Source of the DNA: a candidate division WWE3 bacterium GW2011_GWC2_41_23
GTDB taxonomy: Bacteria > Patescibacteriota > WWE3 > UBA101185 > UBA10185
Length of the DNA stretch: 64,000 nt
NCBI GenBank assembly: GCA_000996895.1
Contig: LCBB01000001.1
Coordinates: 2,542 to 66,541, forward strand
Direction of reading: 5' to 3'
Below are positions 57,496-64,000 of the stretch, one piece after another (the first letter of the stretch is position 1; every line of letters begins with the position of its first letter). The notes under the pieces are model-generated. The model saw only the letters and a program-made list of their open reading frames with translations. It did no database searches and was not told where the DNA came from. The translations under genes and the position numbers were made by a program.

Positions 57496-59328
57496 ATGAA
57501 GCTTAGAAATATCGCTATAATCGCACACGTCGACCACGGAAAAACCACCATTGTAGATGGTTTGTTAAAGCAGTCCAAAACCTTTAGGGACAACGAATCC
57601 GAGATGAGCCAGGACCTGATACTTGACTCCAACGATCAGGAACGCGAAAGAGGAATTACAATTCTAGCCAAAAATACCGCGGTAATTTATAAAGACACCA
57701 AAATTAACATAATAGACACCCCCGGACACTCCGATTTCGGAGGCGAAGTTGAGCGTACTTTAAATATGGCAGACGGCGCACTTTTGGTAGTGGATTCTCA
57801 GGAAGGCCCGATGCCCCAGACAAAATTTGTTTTAAAAAAAGCTTTGGAACTGGGTTTAAAAATAATTGTTGTTGTAAATAAAATCGATAAGAAAGATGCG
57901 CTGATAAAAAACTCACTTCACAAGATTTATGACCTATTTTTGGAACTTGCCACCCACGAGAGTCAGCTTGAATTTCCTATCCTATACGCAATAGGTAGAG
58001 AAGGCAAAGCCTGGAAAGATTTTGATTTTTCAAAAATTACCGAACTTACGGCGGCCCCTGCAGATTTCACTGATATTTTTGAGGCTATATTAAAATATGT
58101 GCCGCAACCCGAAACAAGAGATACTGAACCTTTTCAAATGCTAATCTCAACCCTGGATTGGGACAATTATAAGGGTAAATACGCTATCGGAAGAGTGACT
58201 AAAGGCGTAGTTAAAGCAGGCACACCTGTGGTTCTAATGTCCGCGGACGGTAAACAGGAAAAAACTACCGTAGAAAAAGTATTCGTTAACCAAGGGTTAA
58301 AAAGAATTGAAACTGCTGAAGGAGTATCGGGAGACATAGTTTCACTTACAGGAGTTAAAAACGCAAGCATAGGAGATACCGTTTGCGACGCTTCTAACCC
58401 GAAAGTTTTGCCTACAATAAAAATCGAAGATCCGACGTTGGCAATTTCAATCGGACCAAACACTTCCCCCTTCTTGGGAAAAGAAGGAAAATTTTTAACC
58501 GGACGCCAAATCCTTGAAAGAATAGAACGGGAATTACAAACAAACGTCGCTATGAAGTTTAGAGTTGCGGACGACGGACAGTATGTTTTATCAGGCAGGG
58601 GCGAACTTCACCTTTCCGTTTTTTTAGAAACATTAAGAAGAGAGGGCTTTGAACTAAGTGTCGGAAAACCCAGAGTTATTACTAAAATTATCGATGGTGT
58701 TGAAATGGAGCCTACAGAGGAATTAACTATCGATGTTGAGAACGCACACGTAGGGGCAATAAAAAGCGAGCTGGGAAGAAGACACGGGGTTCTAATTTCT
58801 CAAGAGGAACTTACTTCCGCTTCCTCAAGACTGACCTTCGAAATTGCTACCAGAGGTATTCTAGGACTGCGAAGCGTACTATTAACCCTTTCAAAAGGTA
58901 CTGCGATACTTAGCTCTATGTTTGTAAGATACGAAAAAATGGGCCATGCCATACCAAAGCTAAGAAAAGGCGCTATTGTAGCCTCTCACAGCGGTAAAGC
59001 AGTTCCCCACGGACTTGTGCCCGCTCACGAAAAAGGGCCGGTTTTTATCGGTCCCCAAACAATGGTCTACCAAGGCATGATTGTAGGCTTAAACGGCAGG
59101 GATGAAGACGTGGAAGTGAATGTGTGTAAGGAAAAGCAGCTTACTAACAACAGATCTTCGGGAGAAAACGGTATCACTATTCCTCCGCCTGTAGAGATGA
59201 GTTTGGAGCAGTATTTGGGCCTTTTAGAGGACGACGAGCTTTTAGAGATAACGCCGGAGTCCTTAAAGTTAAGGAAGAAAATCCTTGACCCCACAGTCAG
59301 GCGTAGGACTGCCGCCAGGGCACTTTGA
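57496..59328 (+). CDS. typA: Translational GTPase TypA/BipA
   Basis: RNIAIIAHVDHGKTT, ERERGITILAKNT, GRGELHL, EITP. Confidence 0.97.
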   Translation: MKLRNIAIIAHVDHGKTTIVDGLLKQSKTFRDNESEMSQDLILDSNDQERERGITILAKNTAVIYKDTKINIIDTPGHSDFGGEVERTLNMADGALLVVDSQEGPMPQTKFVLKKALELGLKIIVVVNKIDKKDALIKNSLHKIYDLFLELATHESQLEFPILYAIGREGKAWKDFDFSKITELTAAPADFTDIFEAILKYVPQPETRDTEPFQMLISTLDWDNYKGKYAIGRVTKGVVKAGTPVVLMSADGKQEKTTVEKVFVNQGLKRIETAEGVSGDIVSLTGVKNASIGDTVCDASNPKVLPTIKIEDPTLAISIGPNTSPFLGKEGKFLTGRQILERIERELQTNVAMKFRVADDGQYVLSGRGELHLSVFLETLRREGFELSVGKPRVITKIIDGVEMEPTEELTIDVENAHVGAIKSELGRRHGVLISQEELTSASSRLTFEIATRGILGLRSVLLTLSKGTAILSSMFVRYEKMGHAIPKLRKGAIVASHSGKAVPHGLVPAHEKGPVFIGPQTMVYQGMIVGLNGRDEDVEVNVCKEKQLTNNRSSGENGITIPPPVEMSLEQYLGLLEDDELLEITPESLKLRKKILDPTVRRRTAARAL

Positions 59329-59406
59329 TTAAACGCCGGCACGTGTTATACTTCTCGTTGTGTCTGATTGAGATTAACTTGTTTTTCTCTTTCCCCACTA
59401 AAAAAT

Positions 59407-60663
59407 ATGCATACTAAAAGTTATGGACATAGTAATAGGTTTGCCCGCAGCCGAAGAAAGTTCGGAAGTGCCCGTAATTACGGGTCTAATAGTAATTATA
59501 GCGGTTCCGGCAATATCTTCGGAGCAAGCAGATTTCAAAGAAGAAACCCCTATTCAGGGTCATATATAAACACCGACTTATTCGTCTCTAAGGCCGTCAA
59601 GGGTGAGACAGAATCTATGTACGTTCCCACAATGACCTTTAACGACTATGTGCTCGTCCAATCTTTACAAAAAAACATCTCTAAAAAGGCGTATCTTCAT
59701 CCCACTAAAATCCAGGCAGAAATAATACCCCAAATATTGGGCGGACAAGATGTTCTCGGAGTCGCCTGCACAGGATCGGGGAAAACAGCTGCCTATCTCA
59801 TACCTATGATAAATAAGGTAATGAAAAACCAGGGACAGAAATGCTTGATAATTGCCCCTACCAGAGAATTAATTAATCAAATCAGAACCGAGTACAGCCT
59901 GCTTATCTCAGGAACTCACTTAAGAGATGTCGTTATTATGGGAGGTGCCAGCTATTCTGAACAAATAAGACTTATTAAAAAAGACCCTCACTTTGTTATC
60001 GCTACTCCCGGAAGACTTTTAGATCTTTGTGAAAGAAAGCAAATAGACTTAAGCTCTTTTAATAACATCATTCTTGATGAAGTTGACGAAATGCTGGACA
60101 TGGGATTTATCAACGATGTTAAAAAGATTATCGCGAAGCTAAATAATTCCAGACAATCATTATTTTTCTCCGCTACCCTATCTAAAAAATCCGAAGAAGT
60201 TGCAAATTCATTATTAAGAAATCCCTACAAAGTAGAAATAGAAAAACAGGAAGCTGTTAAAAACGTAGACCAGGATATTGTTAGAGTAGATTCAAGTAAG
60301 AGCAAAATAGAGGTTTTACACGGTTTACTTATTAACGCCGATTTCAAAAGAGTTTTGATATTTTCAAAAACCAAAAGAGGGGCTGAAGAAGTATCCTCTG
60401 AGTTACGAAAAAGAGGGCATAAATCAGGTTCTCTTCACGGAAACAAATCTTTAGGGCAACGTTCAAAAGTGTTAAGCGAATTTAAAAAGTACGAAATAGA
60501 CATTCTTGTAGCTACCGACGTCGCATCAAGAGGAATTGATGTGCCTGATATAACTCACGTTATTAACTACGATCCTCCCGCGACCTTTACAGACTATATT
60601 CACCGTGTAGGTAGAACCGGAAGAATGGGTAAAAAAGGCGTTGCGTTGACTTTCGTCAGATAA
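59407..60663 (+). CDS. DEAD-box RNA helicase
   Basis: TGSGKT, PTREL, DEVD, SAT, HRVGRTGR. Confidence 0.95.
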   Translation: MHTKSYGHSNRFARSRRKFGSARNYGSNSNYSGSGNIFGASRFQRRNPYSGSYINTDLFVSKAVKGETESMYVPTMTFNDYVLVQSLQKNISKKAYLHPTKIQAEIIPQILGGQDVLGVACTGSGKTAAYLIPMINKVMKNQGQKCLIIAPTRELINQIRTEYSLLISGTHLRDVVIMGGASYSEQIRLIKKDPHFVIATPGRLLDLCERKQIDLSSFNNIILDEVDEMLDMGFINDVKKIIAKLNNSRQSLFFSATLSKKSEEVANSLLRNPYKVEIEKQEAVKNVDQDIVRVDSSKSKIEVLHGLLINADFKRVLIFSKTKRGAEEVSSELRKRGHKSGSLHGNKSLGQRSKVLSEFKKYEIDILVATDVASRGIDVPDITHVINYDPPATFTDYIHRVGRTGRMGKKGVALTFVR

Positions 60664-60764
60664 TTTTCACTTACTACTCCTTTACATTATAGGTTGATTT
60701 TCCTTATAACAGCTGTATAATCTCCTAGCTAAACTATTCCGTAAGCTCTAGAAAAGGAGAGAAA

Positions 60765-61058
60765 ATGAAACCGGATGAGTTCGAGGATGCAGTTAACAGA
60801 TATTTGTCTTTAATCCCAAAAGACTCTTTGAAAGCTGATCAAATCGAAGAAGTTGTTTTGAAAATGAAGCCCGGAGAAAAAAGAACTTTTCGTTTTGATC
60901 CCAGAGATACGAAACTTTGTGGAGTCAAAGAATTACAGTACTTCCAAGCGGCACTCGACATGAAAGTGAATCACATTTTAACCGGCTCTTACGAAGTAGA
61001 TGTCAGGCGCGGGAAGTACTTTTATACAATCGTCATCGGAGCCAAGGTCGGGAAATAG
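60765..61058 (+). CDS. Small hypothetical protein
   Basis: TATAAT promoter box, AAAAGGAGAG SD, terminator at 61082-61120. Confidence 0.75.
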   Translation: MKPDEFEDAVNRYLSLIPKDSLKADQIEEVVLKMKPGEKRTFRFDPRDTKLCGVKELQYFQAALDMKVNHILTGSYEVDVRRGKYFYTIVIGAKVGK

Positions 61059-61159
61059 AATTGTTTGCACTACCTGCATTTAAGGAACAAAGGCGTTTTA
61101 CACTCTTTGTTCCTTTTTTTATTGCAGTATCTCAAAAAACATCGATCGATTTTAGATTA

Positions 61160-61888
61160 CTAGTGGTTCTCGCAAAAGTGCTGAAACGGTTCGTTATCAT
61201 AATCCTCATCAAAACTTTCCTGTTCTTCCCTAAGTTTGTTGAATGCATCGGCGTACAAACTTTCAACCTCTGAATTTAATGCGGTTTCCGTAGGGTAATC
61301 TCCGAGGTTATTTAACGTGTTTACGAACTCCGTAGCATTCTTTACCAGAATTCTTTGATGTTCATTCTCGTGTGCCACTACGGCGTCTTTAAATCTTCTC
61401 CAATCGTTTTTCGTATCCTCCGATGCTCCCCCGCTCGATGTCCATTGCGGTACAGTAATTACAGAGTCGGTTGTTACCGTAAAATCCCCTATCGTATAAC
61501 CTTTAGAGGTCAGGGTGGGGTAGTACTCATACCGCATGGTGGAATTAATATAGCCTAGTTGGACTCTATCTTCTTCAACCCTTCTTTCCTCTGTGTCTAT
61601 CTTATCGCATAATACCTCCCTATCGTTTCCGCTAACAAAGTAACTTTCATTCCTGATTTTTACTACCGGGCCTGCCTGATACCCGTGTTTGGGTTCTTCG
61701 GGCTCTTTATATTGTGTGATAGGCTGGGGTAACAATCGTTTCTGAACAGATTCTTCAACATTCTTTACCTGTGTGATTACGTCGTCAGAAATAGGTAACA
61801 AGCTGATGTAGATATACGCCGCCAAGCCTGCAACTCCGAATACTATAAGTATCAATAATACTGTGACAAAAACCTTAACGTTGGCCAT
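61160..61888 (-). CDS. DUF922-like secreted Zn-dependent protease
   Basis: ITVPQW, W.RF...V.AHENEH, Q..FD. Confidence 0.8.
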   Translation of the reverse strand: MANVKVFVTVLLILIVFGVAGLAAYIYISLLPISDDVITQVKNVEESVQKRLLPQPITQYKEPEEPKHGYQAGPVVKIRNESYFVSGNDREVLCDKIDTEERRVEEDRVQLGYINSTMRYEYYPTLTSKGYTIGDFTVTTDSVITVPQWTSSGGASEDTKNDWRRFKDAVVAHENEHQRILVKNATEFVNTLNNLGDYPTETALNSEVESLYADAFNKLREEQESFDEDYDNEPFQHFCENH

Positions 61889-61972
61889 TATTGTTATGCA
61901 CCTTTGTAATAAATTGCGAAAGATGTAACTTCTAGCTTGAGTATAATACGCATTTTGTAATTCGCCAGAACT

Positions 61973-62017
61973 AAAACGGCATCTTACTTTTAGGAATTCC
62001 TAACTTGAAGATGCCGT
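61973..62017 (-). terminator. Terminator after csp
   Basis: ACGGCATCTT...AAGATGCCGT followed by T tract. Confidence 0.7.
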
Positions 62018-62051
62018 AGTATTTATTAAATTGTTTTTGATTTAGACTGCT

Positions 62052-62252
62052 TTACTCTGCGAGTTTTACGTTTTCCGCTCTCGGACCTTTATCGCTGTTG
62101 ACTACGTCAAATGTGACCGCAGCTCCGACTTGAAGCTCGTCAAATGTAACTCCAGTAAGGTTGTTAGAGTGAAAGAAGAGATCCTTTGTTTCTCCGTCAC
62201 GAGAAATGAATCCAAATCCTTTGTCTGTCTTTGTTTTAATTGTACCGTTCAT
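62052..62252 (-). CDS. cspA: Cold-shock domain protein
   Basis: KGFGFI, DLFFH, KGPRAENV. Confidence 0.95.
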   Translation of the reverse strand: MNGTIKTKTDKGFGFISRDGETKDLFFHSNNLTGVTFDELQVGAAVTFDVVNSDKGPRAENVKLAE

Positions 62253-62395
62253 AGTTTTTTTTGATTGGTGGTTAAACCTACTTATACCTCCTTTCGCCTT
62301 GCTATTGTACTACTTTAGGCGTAAATAGGCTAATTATCTTATAACAACAACTTAGCTAAAGCCACACCCGGTAAACCTTGGTAAACTATTAAAAT

Positions 62396-62734
62396 ATGCG
62401 TTCAAAAAACCACTACCTTGAAAACAAGAAAGTCGCCAGAAAAATTATATTAGAATATCTGCATTTTTTTGCCGCATTGTATAAAGTAAAGTTCCGAAAA
62501 GTTGCCATTAGAAACCAAAGGTCTAAATGGGGAAGTTGTTCTAAAGCAAAAAATCTGAACTTTAACTACAAAGTTGCCTTTTTACCAAACGATCAAAGAG
62601 ATTATGTTGTAGTTCATGAACTATGCCACCTGATTGAGTTTAACCACTCTAAGAAGTTTTGGGCAGAAGTCGCGAGAACTATTCCAAATTACAAGGAAAT
62701 TAGGAAAAAGGTTAAATCGACGAGTCTGCGTTAA
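62396..62734 (+). CDS. Short YgjP/DUF45 (M48-like) metallopeptidase
   Basis: KWGSCS, YVVVHELCHL..NHS..FW. Confidence 0.88.
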   Translation: MRSKNHYLENKKVARKIILEYLHFFAALYKVKFRKVAIRNQRSKWGSCSKAKNLNFNYKVAFLPNDQRDYVVVHELCHLIEFNHSKKFWAEVARTIPNYKEIRKKVKSTSLR

Positions 62735-62836
62735 AATTCTAGAATAAGTAGTTTATGGGGTGGTAGTGGAGGTTAAGTTGAACCAATTAATTGATACTTT
62801 GGTGATGTTTCAAAATGTAATTTGCTCTTCGCAAGT

Positions 62837-63283
62837 TTAATAAACTAAAATTAAAGACAATGCATTAACAATCACATCGCAGGCTTCTTTAGATAAACGC
62901 CTTTTGCCTTTGTGAACATAGCAGTAATCACAGCGTAGATTGCAGGTATCCGTAACATGGATCCAAAGTGCAATTGATTTCGGCTTTTTGGATGCGGAGC
63001 AAGTTTTTGGTTTTCCCTTGTCTACAAAAAGTCCTTGATCTGTGAAGTACTCAATCACTGCCTGCACGGTTTCTTCCCATTCCGGAGATTGTGAGGTATT
63101 GGTTATTTCCTCAACAGTTAAACCGTTTTCAAGAAGTTCGTACACCTGCAAGGCAACGCCGGATAAGACAAATGCTTTGCCGGAGCCGTAAGGACTATAG
63201 ATCACTGCCTCGCCATTTAAGAGGTTTAACTTAGTGTGACCTGCTTTGTCCAATAACAGCCCCCGATAAGTCAGGTCTGCCAT
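62837..63283 (-). pseudogene. Truncated radical SAM protein with a PqqD/RRE-like N-terminus
   Basis: CNLRCDYC followed by a stop about 27 aa later; no TIM barrel. Confidence 0.75.
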
Positions 63284-63387
63284 AGCTATCTCTCCTTTTT
63301 TACAAGATATTTTGGATTATTGGCGTAGTTATAGCATAAAAAGGTTTTTATCTCAACTCAAAGTATGTTTTTATGAAACCATTTCAC

Positions 63388-63999
63388 TTATTTTTGGATC
63401 AAACTGTTAAATGTATCGTAATTCAATTCCAACTGGTAAACATCCCTAAAAAGATTTGAGAAGTCTCCAGAGAAAGTCTTATACCCTTTTAGTAACTGTA
63501 AAAGTTTTTCCTTGCCGAACTTAGTACTTAGCAACGACATTGCATACCCAGCTTCCGTATAAACATCACTATTATCTAAAAAAGTTCTAAATGCTTCGGG
63601 TTTCTTCCATCTTTCTACTTGACCCGATGCAAAAATTGAAACACCCTCCCATAACCACTTGGGCTGTGTTCTCCCACCAGTAGCAACTCGAAAGTAGGCA
63701 TGGGCAAGTTCGTGTTTAATTAGCATTTTATAATCCTCATCCGTATATGGGTGGCTGCTATCAGTTTCAAAGGAAGATTTACTTAGCACGAATACAAAGT
63801 TATCGGAATCCCATCCAACTAACCATTTTGGCGTCTCTTGATCGCGTAATGCGTCTATAGTCACTCGATCCGGAACCACACATACCCTTGGTTTGTTTCT
63901 TACCCATTTAATTTGGAAAAAATCGTTCAAATCCTCCATTGCTTGTGTGTAAATGATTTCAAGTCCTTCGTTTGGACTAATTGTTATCTGGAATATGTT
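63388..63999 (-). CDS. HExxH (peptidase MA-like) protein, 5' end probably outside the window
   Basis: IKHELAH...P.WLWEG; frame stays open to the window edge. Confidence 0.75.
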   Translation of the reverse strand, partial: NIFQITISPNEGLEIIYTQAMEDLNDFFQIKWVRNKPRVCVVPDRVTIDALRDQETPKWLVGWDSDNFVFVLSKSSFETDSSHPYTDEDYKMLIKHELAHAYFRVATGGRTQPKWLWEGVSIFASGQVERWKKPEAFRTFLDNSDVYTEAGYAMSLLSTKFGKEKLLQLLKGYKTFSGDFSNLFRDVYQLELNYDTFNSLIQK

Positions 64000-64000
64000 A

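Overview
Bacterial chromosome segment, genetic code 11. The compact, mostly leaderless gene layout and gene repertoire suggest a Patescibacteria/CPR genome (inference). Positions 1 to about 12350 form an AT-richer island inserted at the 3' end of tRNA-Gln(UUG). Its core is an HTH-like gene, a 51-aa ORF, a gene II/X-type rolling-circle Rep with origin-like hairpins, and a large serine recombinase whose C-terminus is read from the antisense strand of the tRNA. Left of the core is a run of co-oriented one- or two-gene units: an RloC-like ATPase-HEPN, a lipoprotein, a HEPN protein, a nucleotidyltransferase-like protein and orphans. Each unit is bounded by a recurring TGGCT-N17-TTCGAAC-like site. 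The tRNA half-site is TGGCT-N12-TTCGAAC, the 5-bp attP/attB offset known for large serine recombinases. A second, covarying hairpin repeat occurs three times. The best candidate for a novel system is this integron-like cassette array driven by a serine recombinase. The rest is mostly housekeeping: a copper operon, seven more tRNAs (two with 3'-end duplications enclosing tiny hairpin elements), two MacAB-like efflux operons, helD, rsmI, tgt, rel, rpmG, leuS, map, rarA, dinB with a LexA-like box, a two-component system, typA, a DEAD-box helicase and csp. A second island may begin near 62756.
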